Positions 1 through 9,158 of a stretch of DNA of 32,000 nucleotides are shown here, in pieces. How positions within the stretch are numbered: the first letter of the stretch is position 1; the number at the start of each line of letters is the position of its first letter. Origin of the DNA: Rhizobium phage RHph_TM2_3B. The DNA is taken from the sequence record MN988523.1. One strand, written 5' to 3'. Under the pieces are notes generated by a model that made no database searches, was not told the DNA's origin, and saw only the letters and a program-made list of their open reading frames with translations. A program made the position numbers and the translations under genes.

Positions 1-25
1 AAATTCAGCATGACTTAACTTCTCG

Positions 26-83
26 ATAGGTTCACTTCACGTCCTTAAGGGATTCTTCTTTGAAGGGTCGAAGGAGGCCAGCT
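26..83 (+). promoter_or_regulatory. Repeat-family leader copy A
   Basis: gataggttcacttcacgtccttaagggattcttctttgaaggg, followed by GGAGG ribosome-binding site and ATG at 84; matches seven other copies in the window. Confidence 0.7.
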
Positions 84-356
84 ATGTTTTACACGATCAA
101 GAAGAACTCTGAGAATTCGGACTATAAAATCTCGTCGTTTAACGACTATGAAACTCATCCGAACAATACCTATGAATTGAAAGTCAGAGGTAGAGCAGTC
201 TATTGCAATTGTCCTGCAAGTAGACATGCTTGTCGTCACGTACAGATGTACTGGCGTACTAAAGAACAGAGCCTCCTTGATAAGCCTAACCTCATCGACT
301 TCACTAGCAATAGTGAAATGATTGTCAAACCTATCAAAGCTTTCATCGTGGAGTGA
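84..356 (+). CDS. Small SWIM-type zinc-finger protein
   Basis: ORF with start at ATG 84 after GGAGG; YCNCPASRHACRH matches CxC-x6-CxH SWIM pattern. Confidence 0.65.
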   Translation: MFYTIKKNSENSDYKISSFNDYETHPNNTYELKVRGRAVYCNCPASRHACRHVQMYWRTKEQSLLDKPNLIDFTSNSEMIVKPIKAFIVE

Positions 357-359
357 ATC

Positions 360-587
360 ATGGCTAAGCCTACATGCTGCTGGGTAATCCGTCCTGCCTC
401 CTATAACAAGGAGACTGGTGAATCTGTTAAGGCTATCTATTGTGGTAAGCCTGTACGCTACAAGATTGAAATTGACGACGATATGAATAAACGTCGTAAG
501 TATAACAATCTTTGTGATACTCATCAGAAAGAGTCTGATGAGATTTCTAAGAATAATCCAGAAGATGATGATTGGGATTTTACCTGA
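360..587 (+). CDS. Small cysteine-rich phage protein (possible zinc binder)
   Basis: ORF; CC...YCGKP...LCDTH cysteine/histidine pattern. Confidence 0.6.
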   Translation: MAKPTCCWVIRPASYNKETGESVKAIYCGKPVRYKIEIDDDMNKRRKYNNLCDTHQKESDEISKNNPEDDDWDFT

Positions 588-611
588 TCATCTACAGTAA
601 AGGAGAGTAGT

Positions 612-1127
612 GTGAAACTTATCGTAGCTGTTAGTCAGAATGATGTCATAGGTACAGAGTTGAATGGTAGACATATCATTCCCTGGAGTCTACCTTCTGA
701 TATGGCTAGATTTGCGAGATTGACAAGTGGTCATACTCTGATATGTGGAAGGAGGACTTATGAATCTCTACCTTCCACTTTTGAATTAGGTAATCGAGAT
801 ATTATCATTCTTACTAGAAAGAATAGAATGAAGTCTTCTGATCCTCGTATTCGTTATGCGAGTAGTCGAACTGACGTTATGGAAATGATTCAAGGAGAGG
901 AAGATCGTACTGCAGTCATTGGAGGATCTGAAGTTTATGCTCAATTCGTCGATGATTGCGACGAGGTATGCATCACATTCGTTCAAGTAGAAGTTGAATA
1001 CGGTACAGCATATTTTCCATCGAAGTTCTTGAAGTCAAATGGATGGACTCCGATGCTTACTCATATTGAACGTCATGTTGACGATGAGTACGATACTGTA
1101 TTCCAACATTACAAGAGGTCGTCATGA
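612..1127 (+). CDS. folA: Dihydrofolate reductase
   Basis: MKLIVAVSQNDVIG...IPWSLPSDMARF...LICGRRTYESLP...IIILTR...AVIGGSEVYAQF: canonical DHFR landmarks. Confidence 0.95.
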   Translation: MKLIVAVSQNDVIGTELNGRHIIPWSLPSDMARFARLTSGHTLICGRRTYESLPSTFELGNRDIIILTRKNRMKSSDPRIRYASSRTDVMEMIQGEEDRTAVIGGSEVYAQFVDDCDEVCITFVQVEVEYGTAYFPSKFLKSNGWTPMLTHIERHVDDEYDTVFQHYKRSS

Positions 1128-1450
1128 AGTATCATTTAGAGATTTTCAGTTTCATCAACGATCGTGATCGTCTGAAACGCGATAATCCTCTACTTCCTGC
1201 AGGTCCTGTACTGAAAGGAGAAACTCTGTACACTATTCGAGATATCGTGTCTGATCGGTATTTCAATTGGTGCTACATTCACCAGCACTCAGCTGAATTC
1301 ATCATGAAGAAGATGATGGAGAACTGGGAAGCTCATCCTGAGATGGTGGAGAGGAATCTGAAGTCGTCATTCTTACCGACTTATCAGAAATCTGTCCACT
1401 CCACCCGTACACCTAGTGAATTGGAGGCTACGTTCCATGAAACTGATTAA
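1124..1450 (+). CDS. Hypothetical protein
   Basis: ORF overlapping upstream stop by ATGA. Confidence 0.75.
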   Translation: MKYHLEIFSFINDRDRLKRDNPLLPAGPVLKGETLYTIRDIVSDRYFNWCYIHQHSAEFIMKKMMENWEAHPEMVERNLKSSFLPTYQKSVHSTRTPSELEATFHETD

Positions 1451-2189
1451 AGGTAAGGACTACTACGATAGTGCTCTTGCATTCGGACGAGATGAGTCTA
1501 TCATCTTCGTACGTAAGAGTGAGACGCTGAGTCGTAAAGATGCCAGAGAGCGTCAACTATCCTATACAGGTATGCATTGGACTCCTACGATTTACATGAA
1601 GAATCATCGAGGAGATACCATCAAGAAAGATATGAGCACATGGAAGCATCCTGATGGTCATTCTATAACGATGGATGCGATATCTATACTTCTTGCAGGT
1701 AAGCTTTATCGTGGACTGAAGACCACCAAGAAGGCTCACTGGACTCATGGTAGTCTATCTGACGAGATTGAGATCTTCTGGGCTAAGGACTCTTTCACAA
1801 GATACATGAACAAGCACGACATGTATCCGTTTCAGTCTGAGTCCTTCACTCATCCGAATTCTACGATTGACATGTACTTCTTGCCTGACAATCAGACTCA
1901 GCAGAAGACGATGGAGTTTATGATCGAACATAAGATGTCGATCATGACAGTTGACGATAGTGTAGGTGAGTGGCACGATCCTAATGGATATGTCGTCATC
2001 GATGGAGATAACCTGAAGGACTACTGCTTGCAGAAGATCGTAGGTCCGTATACGGTTATGCAGGAATTGTCAATGTGGATCGGCGGTATACTACCGAGAC
2101 CTGAAAAAGAAATTATTACTATCAACGATAAAAATAAGATTAGCAAGCATGGATTTGACAAATGGTCTTTCAGAAAAATGCCTAAGTGA
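1437..2189 (+). CDS. Conserved-type phage hypothetical protein with C-terminal SKHGFDKWSFRK motif
   Basis: ORF; GGAGG upstream of ATG 1437; C-terminal ELSMWIGGILPRP...KHGFDKWSFRK resembles a tail seen in phage proteins. Confidence 0.75.
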   Translation: MKLIKGKDYYDSALAFGRDESIIFVRKSETLSRKDARERQLSYTGMHWTPTIYMKNHRGDTIKKDMSTWKHPDGHSITMDAISILLAGKLYRGLKTTKKAHWTHGSLSDEIEIFWAKDSFTRYMNKHDMYPFQSESFTHPNSTIDMYFLPDNQTQQKTMEFMIEHKMSIMTVDDSVGEWHDPNGYVVIDGDNLKDYCLQKIVGPYTVMQELSMWIGGILPRPEKEIITINDKNKISKHGFDKWSFRKMPK

Positions 2190-2847
2190 TCCGTTTAAAG
2201 GATATGACGGCAGGTACCACTACGTTTACATTATAGCGCATAAAAGTGATGGAAGTTATTATGTAGGCAAGCACTCTTCTAATTATCCAAATGACTCCTA
2301 TTTAGGCTCAGGAGGATATATAAAAGAAGCGATCGAATCTAAAGGATCCTACAACTTCGACAAAATCATAATTTCTTATCATAACTCTAGTGAGGAAGCC
2401 TATGATGCAGAGAAGAGTTTGATCTCACTAGAAATGATTGAATCAGATCAGTGCTATAACTTTAATGGAGGTGGCAGAGGATTTGCATCAGGTCAGTTGA
2501 ATCCTATTCATCTTAAGCCTAATCCGTTTAAGAGTCTTCCTTATGAGAGGAATGGTGGAGTTGTTAAGGTAAGAAATGGAACTCATCAGTGGTTAGGTCA
2601 ACGTGGATGGAAAAATCCTAAATCTACTAATCTTTCTCATCAGACATGGATGAATGCTGACTCTCTGTACGAAATTTATGTAAGTACTAAGTACGGTTAC
2701 TCGAGATTACTCAAGATTCACTGGGATAAGTACAAAATTAAGTTGAGTAGAAAGGTCGTCGAGAGTATGGTGACGAAATTCAGATCAAATTGGATACCGT
2801 CTCATGATGAAGAATGGATGAAATTTAAAATGGAGAATTCGAAGTGA
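2149..2847 (+). CDS. GIY-YIG homing endonuclease (free-standing, Seg-like)
   Basis: YHYVYIIAHKSDGSYYVGKHSS...YLGSGGYIKEAIESKG GIY-YIG core; AT-richer composition; exact start uncertain. Confidence 0.85.
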   Translation: MDLTNGLSEKCLSDPFKGYDGRYHYVYIIAHKSDGSYYVGKHSSNYPNDSYLGSGGYIKEAIESKGSYNFDKIIISYHNSSEEAYDAEKSLISLEMIESDQCYNFNGGGRGFASGQLNPIHLKPNPFKSLPYERNGGVVKVRNGTHQWLGQRGWKNPKSTNLSHQTWMNADSLYEIYVSTKYGYSRLLKIHWDKYKIKLSRKVVESMVTKFRSNWIPSHDEEWMKFKMENSK

Positions 2848-3497
2848 TGGAAATTCGTAGGTTTATCGGAGACGTACACGGTAAGTACTCTCAGTACAAG
2901 AAGATCCTGAAGGAGTCTCCATATCCTACGATTCAAGTTGGTGATATGGGAGTAGGCTTCTACGAAAGAGATCGTGTTACTCATGAGATCAAGGCATCTG
3001 CCAATCCTCCGTATGATCTCATGGTGAAAGCTGAAGCTAGATTCGAAAGAGGTAATCATGATAATCCGAGAGTATGTAAGAATCATACTCAGTGGATTCC
3101 TGATGGCCATACAGAGACAATCGGTAAGTCTAAGGTCATGTTCATTGGAGGTGGCCTCAGTATCGATCGAGGAATGCGTATCGAAGGTGAATCTTGGTGG
3201 CCTGATGAAGAACTCAGTATGACTGAGTTGTATGATATGGTCGACAAGTATGCTGAATATCGTCCAGATGTTATGGTAACTCATGACTGCCCAGACATTA
3301 TGGCTGCTATTATCTTCGGTGTGACAGATAAAGGTAATTATCCATCACGTACTCGGCAGGCATTTCAATCTATGTTCGAGATCTATCAACCTAAGTTATG
3401 GATCTTTGGTCATTGGCATAGGTCAGCCAGGTATCATCACAACGGAACTAAATTCATATGCTTAGCAGAATTAGAATACTTGGATATCGGACTTTAA
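2847..3497 (+). CDS. Calcineurin-like metallophosphoesterase
   Basis: FIGDVHGKYSQY (GDxHG), VGDMG, ERGNHD (GNHD), VTHDCP, FGHWH motifs. Confidence 0.85.
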   Translation: MEIRRFIGDVHGKYSQYKKILKESPYPTIQVGDMGVGFYERDRVTHEIKASANPPYDLMVKAEARFERGNHDNPRVCKNHTQWIPDGHTETIGKSKVMFIGGGLSIDRGMRIEGESWWPDEELSMTELYDMVDKYAEYRPDVMVTHDCPDIMAAIIFGVTDKGNYPSRTRQAFQSMFEIYQPKLWIFGHWHRSARYHHNGTKFICLAELEYLDIGL

Positions 3498-3509
3498 GTG
3501 AACTCAGTG

Positions 3510-3553
3510 AATGCAGATTAGCGATACAGATAATGGCATTTCTAATCTGCATT
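3510..3553 (+). other. 12-bp perfect inverted repeat (hairpin)
   Basis: AATGCAGATTAG...CTAATCTGCATT, 20-nt loop, directly after a stop codon. Confidence 0.6.
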
Positions 3554-3591
3554 GATTTCTGGGTAGCAGTCCTGAAATATGGTTTCAGACT

Positions 3592-3816
3592 ATGGTGAAT
3601 AAGATGTTTCGAGACAACGTATCAAAGGTCCTCAAGCCTTCCTCTGAGTGGAGCGTTCTGAAGAACGTTACTGTTATGGACCCTGATGGATGGGATCGTC
3701 AGAACTTCGAGATCAGTTGGAATGAATTGATCTCTGAGGAAGAATTCGATCGACGTGCAATGATGTCAACTGTACTCTTTGTTAGGAAAGACGATGTTCA
3801 ATCTGACATTAGCTAA
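3592..3816 (+). CDS. Hypothetical protein
   Basis: ORF in + strand gene array. Confidence 0.55.
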   Translation: MVNKMFRDNVSKVLKPSSEWSVLKNVTVMDPDGWDRQNFEISWNELISEEEFDRRAMMSTVLFVRKDDVQSDIS

Positions 3817-4522
3817 ATTTGTACTCGAAGCTCATAAGTCTGATAAAGACATCACCAGTCGTAATGGATACGGTGGATACAATATCCACAAGGAGTCTTA
3901 TGGATTTCTTCAGAAGATTGAGAAGAAGTTCGGAGCTAAGAGTGTAGCTGATCTCGAACGAATGATCAAGAAAGAAGAGACCAGACGTAAGACTCCTGTA
4001 CCAGATCCTAATCCGATCTACGAGAATCATCGTGCTCGGTATCGTCTTCTCAGAGACTATCTCGGAAGTAGCTCAGATCTGAATGTTTACATCAGCAGTC
4101 AGGAATGGGACGTAGATGACTATTTAGGTCAAGGATGGGTTGAGAAATTTAAGAGTGATTCCATTCTCCACCGTTGGTGCTGGAATGTGATGAAGCTCCA
4201 GTTTGATCTCGATGCTTTGATCATTAAGGTACGTACTCATTCTAATGTTGTAGGCTTCGAGAAAACTAATGAAGAGAATGATATCACCTGGACTGAATTC
4301 GTCCTAGGTGAGCAAGCTCTCAATAAGTATATTGAAGTCCTGGAGATCCGTGCTAATCGTAAAGCTGAACGTGAGTACGAAGAGCATCAAGAGTATCTTC
4401 GTCGTCTAGCTATTGAAGACTGGAAACGTGAACAGTTAGCTAAGATTCGTCTCGTACAGATCAGAGATGATGTCAAGGACAAATCTCGAGCTGACAAAAG
4501 GAAGAGGAGAGTAGCAGTATGA
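3794..4522 (+). CDS. Hypothetical protein
   Basis: Long ORF coupled to downstream gene (ATGA); start estimated. Confidence 0.7.
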   Translation: MFNLTLAKFVLEAHKSDKDITSRNGYGGYNIHKESYGFLQKIEKKFGAKSVADLERMIKKEETRRKTPVPDPNPIYENHRARYRLLRDYLGSSSDLNVYISSQEWDVDDYLGQGWVEKFKSDSILHRWCWNVMKLQFDLDALIIKVRTHSNVVGFEKTNEENDITWTEFVLGEQALNKYIEVLEIRANRKAEREYEEHQEYLRRLAIEDWKREQLAKIRLVQIRDDVKDKSRADKRKRRVAV

Positions 4523-5211
4523 CTAAGATTCGACATATTTCTTTCGACGTATGGAATACTCTAGTAATTCCTAATCCAGATTATGCCAGAGCACGATCCA
4601 TGTACCTTGGTAAGGTATTCAATATGGTCTCGGAGGATGCTGCTAAGCTCTACTCGAGAGTTAAGAAATGGATCGATGAACTTGCTGTTCAGACTGGTAT
4701 GGGTCCTGATGCTGAGAGCAATGTACTCATGCTTCTGAATATGGCTGATCGTTATGCAGATCCTCAGGAGATCCTCATTAACTTTGAGAATCTCTTCTTC
4801 AAGTATCCTCCGATTATTCATCATGCAGTACGTGATGGACTTCGTGCACTGAAGCATCATGGATATACGTTCTCTGTCGCTAGTAATAGCAATTTCATAT
4901 CTGGCAGAACGATGACTAAGTTCATTCATGCTGAATTTGGATGCATGGCTTATGAAGTTTATTCTGATCTCGAAGGCTATGCTAAGCCTCATCTCAGATT
5001 CTTTGAAGAAGTATTTCATGGTGCGAGGTTACAAGGTCTCGCAGACTACTCGAGTGAAATTCTACATGTCGGAGATCATGAGATCTGTGATGTGAAGGGT
5101 GCAAACGACTACGGATTTAAGTCATTACTTTTCACCAATCCTGAAGATATGTCCAAAGTTATTAAGAGAGTCCAGCAAAATGAACAACCACCAAGTGTAC
5201 TATGCGCATAA
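4519..5211 (+). CDS. HAD-superfamily hydrolase
   Basis: HISFDVWNTLV (motif I DxxxTL), SVASNSNF (motif II S/N), KP (motif III), HVGDHEICDVKGANDYGF (motif IV). Confidence 0.85.
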   Translation: MTKIRHISFDVWNTLVIPNPDYARARSMYLGKVFNMVSEDAAKLYSRVKKWIDELAVQTGMGPDAESNVLMLLNMADRYADPQEILINFENLFFKYPPIIHHAVRDGLRALKHHGYTFSVASNSNFISGRTMTKFIHAEFGCMAYEVYSDLEGYAKPHLRFFEEVFHGARLQGLADYSSEILHVGDHEICDVKGANDYGFKSLLFTNPEDMSKVIKRVQQNEQPPSVLCA

Positions 5212-6034
5212 ATTTACTTCGATGGAAGATCTTCCATTCGACGCTGTAGACTATTGTGCTCTTAAGTTCGGATCTGACGAGGTAGCTCGTCGATTTGGAT
5301 ATGAATTAGCTGAGAAGTTCTTCGAGGAGCATTCCAGTCGAATCGTGACGAATCATTGTGCAGTGATTCCATCTCCTTATAACTTCGTACCCAATGCAGC
5401 AACCATTCTATCGAAGCATTTCATTAATCGTCTGAATGAACTCATCGTTGAGGTCAATGGCGATTACGTTGACTACGTTAGAATCCATCGTAAGGTCACA
5501 TATACTGGTGACTTTGGTAAGCTCAATGAGGATGCTCGTCGAAAGCTTATTGGACAGGATTCATTCTATGTCAACAAGCAGATTCTGAAGAATAAGCTCC
5601 TGATCTACTTGGACGACGTGATCATTACTGGTGCTCACGAAGATCGTCTCAAGGAAGTCATGGTCAAGAACAAGATGAAGAATGATTGTTTCTTCGTCTA
5701 CTATGGTAAGTACTTCGGTACTGAACCTACGATCGAGAATAAGATCAACTTCGGAGGTATTGAAACTGTCGAAGATTATGTTAATTTTATTACCGATCGA
5801 GATCATCTCATTGTTCGTCCGATCAAGTACCTCCTAAGTCTACCTAATGAACAATTTAAGTTCTATCTCAACAAGACAAGTAGAACTCGTCTTGAGGAAC
5901 TATTCCACTCATGCTTAGGTGAAGGGTACAATCGTATTCCTCAGTACCAGGAGAATTTTGTAGCTCTGAGAGATCAGGTCAAGTATCTGTCTGAAGAGAA
6001 TAGAGTATCTCGAATTTATGACAAGGTAGGTTAA
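5180..6034 (+). CDS. Phosphoribosyltransferase-like protein
   Basis: LLIYLDDVIITGAHED resembles the PRPP-binding signature (vvlvDDvxxTGxT); overlaps HAD gene end by 32 nt. Confidence 0.7.
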   Translation: MNNHQVYYAHKFTSMEDLPFDAVDYCALKFGSDEVARRFGYELAEKFFEEHSSRIVTNHCAVIPSPYNFVPNAATILSKHFINRLNELIVEVNGDYVDYVRIHRKVTYTGDFGKLNEDARRKLIGQDSFYVNKQILKNKLLIYLDDVIITGAHEDRLKEVMVKNKMKNDCFFVYYGKYFGTEPTIENKINFGGIETVEDYVNFITDRDHLIVRPIKYLLSLPNEQFKFYLNKTSRTRLEELFHSCLGEGYNRIPQYQENFVALRDQVKYLSEENRVSRIYDKVG

Positions 6035-6222
6035 TGATTAATAAAATTGAGATCACTGAGCAGGAGTCAATAGAATTCAAACTTGAATTCGATCTTGCTG
6101 AAGTACGTAAATCTAACTATGTTATGGTCCCTATCAGTCTAGCTCGTAAGATTGATGCGTACTTCACAGAGGAGTTCAAGCGTAATCCTACGTTTGATCC
6201 TACGACTAACACCTTCAAGTAA
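6034..6222 (+). CDS. Hypothetical small protein
   Basis: ORF starts at TAATG junction. Confidence 0.65.
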   Translation: MINKIEITEQESIEFKLEFDLAEVRKSNYVMVPISLARKIDAYFTEEFKRNPTFDPTTNTFK

Positions 6223-6228
6223 TCATCG

Positions 6229-6262
6229 GCCCTCATCTATGAAAGTAGGTGAGGGCTATTTT
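6229..6262 (+). terminator. Rho-independent terminator
   Basis: gccctcatcta-tgaaag-taggtgagggc then tatttt. Confidence 0.75.
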
Positions 6263-6282
6263 CATGCATCATAGGTGGAACC

Positions 6283-6855
6283 ATGATCTTTAGTCTTAGT
6301 AATTCAGAATACTTCAGTCTTGCAGATGCAGTATGCACAGCTGAAGACTCTCAAGGTCGAGTACCTGTTGACAAGCACATTGTCAAGAAGCTCATTGCAT
6401 ATCTGGAAGCAGACAAGTACTTTAATCTCGGTACAGTATGTGTAGCATTACTTCCTGTTGAGGATGGTCTTCTATTGATTCGTCGTAATCGTCAAGGTGA
6501 CCCTGGATTCGGTATGCTAGCTCTACCTGGTGGATTCCAGAAGGGTAGTAAAGCTCAGAATATGTACGATGCTGTCGTCGAAGAGGTACTGGAAGAAACT
6601 CGTATCCAGACTAAGCGAGATGACTACATACTCATGGATGGCGATACGGATGAGTACGAACATAATGTTCTATTCTTCAGGCATATCGGTCTGCCAGGTA
6701 AAGCAGAAGACTACATCAAAGATTTTGTACCTCTGGACGATGAGGTATCTGAACTTGTTCATATCAAGAAGACTGTTGAGACAGCTTTCCCTATGCATAC
6801 TCGAGCGATCGATAGATTCTTTCAGGACGAATTCGTTAAAGATTTCCTCCCTTGA
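6283..6855 (+). CDS. Nudix hydrolase-like protein with divergent Nudix box
   Basis: ALPGGFQKGSKAQNMYDAVVEEVLEETRI. Confidence 0.75.
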   Translation: MIFSLSNSEYFSLADAVCTAEDSQGRVPVDKHIVKKLIAYLEADKYFNLGTVCVALLPVEDGLLLIRRNRQGDPGFGMLALPGGFQKGSKAQNMYDAVVEEVLEETRIQTKRDDYILMDGDTDEYEHNVLFFRHIGLPGKAEDYIKDFVPLDDEVSELVHIKKTVETAFPMHTRAIDRFFQDEFVKDFLP

Positions 6856-6942
6856 ATAGGTGCAGTTAGGTCCTTCGAAGGCTTCTTCCTTGTAAGGCCT
6901 TCGAGCCTTCTCCACCATCGTTTTAAATTGCAGGAGAATGAG
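6856..6942 (+). promoter_or_regulatory. Repeat-family leader copy B
   Basis: aataggtgcagttaggtccttcgaaggcttcttccttgtaagg; TCGAAGGC/GCCTTCGA hairpin; followed by AGGAG. Confidence 0.7.
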
Positions 6943-7812
6943 ATGTCAATGGCTATTGATCATTATCTTCCAATGAGGTATACCAATGCTTTCTGGTATA
7001 CTGAAGGAAGTATCCTTCACTTCGGTCGTGAGTACTACCGACAGTATGGATTCTGGAGAGTCGAGAGTAAAATCCTCGTACGTGTCGATATGGAAGGGAA
7101 TGAGATCATTCCTATCGAGACACAGAAGATTCCTGAGACTCCTCGTGGATGGCATCTCGTTCATGCGGGTACCAATCGGTATCCTGTGCAACCTCTTGTC
7201 ATTGCTCATGACAAGAATGCTCTCGAGAAGTATCTGGAAACTCCGGATGAAGTAGTCATCGAGCGAGAGCGTCTCGCAGATGAGGAGAGAGCTCGTCGTC
7301 AACGAGAATATGATGAATGGTATGCCAATGCATCTGATCTCGAGCGACGTCTTCGTAGTTTCGACTGGACCTACGAGATGGCAGATCGTCCTCCGAATCT
7401 AGGACCTGCTCTGCAGAAGATGTGCGATGAACTCGAGAAGCTTCCTTACGAGGAAGCTAAGGCGATCTGGAATAAGTACTACGTCTCGAAGGTCGGGATT
7501 ATGTACTTCCCAGATTTTCGTAAGTGCGAAGGATTCAAGTATCCTGAGGTCGCACTTATCTCCTACTCGTACAAGGAGCATAAGCTCAATAATCACGAGA
7601 AGTGGACTCTCTGGAGGAATGGAGTCGAGGATGTAGTCCGTGAAGGTACTCCTCGCAGGTACACGCATGAGATTGATCGTCTCGGAGAAGCTCTCCGACA
7701 TCTTCTCAATACGGGTATCATCCGTCTGGATACTCCCATCTTCACTGAAGGTCGTCAATGGTCGACTGTAGGTGAACTCTCTATCTTCCAGAAGAAGGAT
7801 CAAGCAGCATGA
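6943..7812 (+). CDS. Hypothetical protein
   Basis: Long ORF, AGGAG upstream of ATG 6943. Confidence 0.8.
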   Translation: MSMAIDHYLPMRYTNAFWYTEGSILHFGREYYRQYGFWRVESKILVRVDMEGNEIIPIETQKIPETPRGWHLVHAGTNRYPVQPLVIAHDKNALEKYLETPDEVVIERERLADEERARRQREYDEWYANASDLERRLRSFDWTYEMADRPPNLGPALQKMCDELEKLPYEEAKAIWNKYYVSKVGIMYFPDFRKCEGFKYPEVALISYSYKEHKLNNHEKWTLWRNGVEDVVREGTPRRYTHEIDRLGEALRHLLNTGIIRLDTPIFTEGRQWSTVGELSIFQKKDQAA

Positions 7813-8285
7813 TGACAGGTGAAGCAGGTCTCTTAGAGTCGTCGAGACCTCAGATGAATAAGGAATTCATCGAATTCCTCGATGCTAATAGCAAGGTAGT
7901 ATCTGCTCCAGCTTATTGGCATGCTCGAGGTATCGGATGCGAGTGGAATCTGCCATGCTTAGTCACAGGAGTGCATGATAAAAATGCTCTCATGGAGAAC
8001 ATCAGCGGATTCGTATCCACTCGTGAAGAAGGATATCGTGTCGTCAATATGTTCTTCGGTGGACGTGCTCGACTTGATGTGCGTAAACATGAGCCTAACT
8101 ATCTTCAAGTGAAGGTAGGAGTCAAGAAGGAACATAAAGATGTTCTTGAACGACTCATGAAGGCTAATATAATCTCTGGCGGTATTCTTACCGTCAAGAA
8201 TGTTATGTGGGCTATCGATCCTGAGAATCATCCAGGATATGATCCCATCAAGAAGCTCTTACAGACAGCGGAGTACTATAAATGA
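7809..8285 (+). CDS. Hypothetical protein
   Basis: ORF coupled by ATGA overlap. Confidence 0.75.
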   Translation: MMTGEAGLLESSRPQMNKEFIEFLDANSKVVSAPAYWHARGIGCEWNLPCLVTGVHDKNALMENISGFVSTREEGYRVVNMFFGGRARLDVRKHEPNYLQVKVGVKKEHKDVLERLMKANIISGGILTVKNVMWAIDPENHPGYDPIKKLLQTAEYYK

Positions 8286-8363
8286 TTTAGATCTGAGAAA
8301 ACTCGTCAACTCAACCTCAGTGAAAATGTGAATAAATCTCAAGTGATTCAAGGAGAATCCAAA

Positions 8364-9158
8364 ATGAATAATCCTTTCAGCAAGAACATGATGGACCGTA
8401 TGTTCAAGCAGGTCGACGGTGTCGTCTGGGACCTGATGTCTGGTTCGAAGATCGGTATCAAGACGAAGGAAGGTATCGCTACCGTCGATCTCAATCTCGA
8501 AGATGAGACTGCAGCTGTAGCTCCTGTCAAGACGACTACTCGTCGTAAGGCTGGTGCAGAACCTGTAGCTCCTCTCGCTATTCCGACTCCGTCTCCGATC
8601 ATGGAAGCTCCGGATGCTCAGGTCTCGATCAATCTGTTCGATGACTTCGGTATGGCTCTGCCTGCATTCGCTCAGTCGACTCCTGTCGAGGCTATCGGTC
8701 TCGGTGATATGATCTGGAACTCGGCTCAGAATCGTGTCATGGGATGGGTCGTCAAGGTCAGTCCCAATCGTAAGAGCTTCAAGGTTCTCAAGACGGACGG
8801 TATGCGTAGCGAGTGGTCTCCTCCGAAGGTCAATGTACTCGGATTCGAGACTGGTACGATGGTCGTACGTTCTCTGATCAACATGCTTCCTGGTGGAGCT
8901 ACTGGTCAGAATGGTCTGGAAGGCATGCAGTCGTCTCTCGGTCAGATGCTCATGATGTCGTCCATGATGGGTGGCAGTGAAGGTGACTCTGAGAACATGC
9001 TCAAGGACATCATGCCGATGATGCTCATGTCGCAGATGGGCATCGGTGGTGCTCAGGGTGGTATGGGTCAGATGATGCAGACCATGATGATGATGAAAAT
9101 GATGGGTGGTATGAATCGCGGTAGCGGTGGTACCAAGCGTAGTTTTTTCGACAACTAA
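8364..9158 (+). CDS. Structural or accessory phage protein with Met/Gly-rich C-terminus
   Basis: ORF after aaggagaatccaaaATG; C-terminus MMQTMMMMKMMGGMNRGSGG. Confidence 0.8.
   Translation: MNNPFSKNMMDRMFKQVDGVVWDLMSGSKIGIKTKEGIATVDLNLEDETAAVAPVKTTTRRKAGAEPVAPLAIPTPSPIMEAPDAQVSINLFDDFGMALPAFAQSTPVEAIGLGDMIWNSAQNRVMGWVVKVSPNRKSFKVLKTDGMRSEWSPPKVNVLGFETGTMVVRSLINMLPGGATGQNGLEGMQSSLGQMLMMSSMMGGSEGDSENMLKDIMPMMLMSQMGIGGAQGGMGQMMQTMMMMKMMGGMNRGSGGTKRSFFDN

Noticed and set aside
2149-2847. Group I intron hosting the GIY-YIG endonuclease
   Set aside because: The flanking genes are complete and unrelated, so nothing indicates a split host gene; it looks free-standing.
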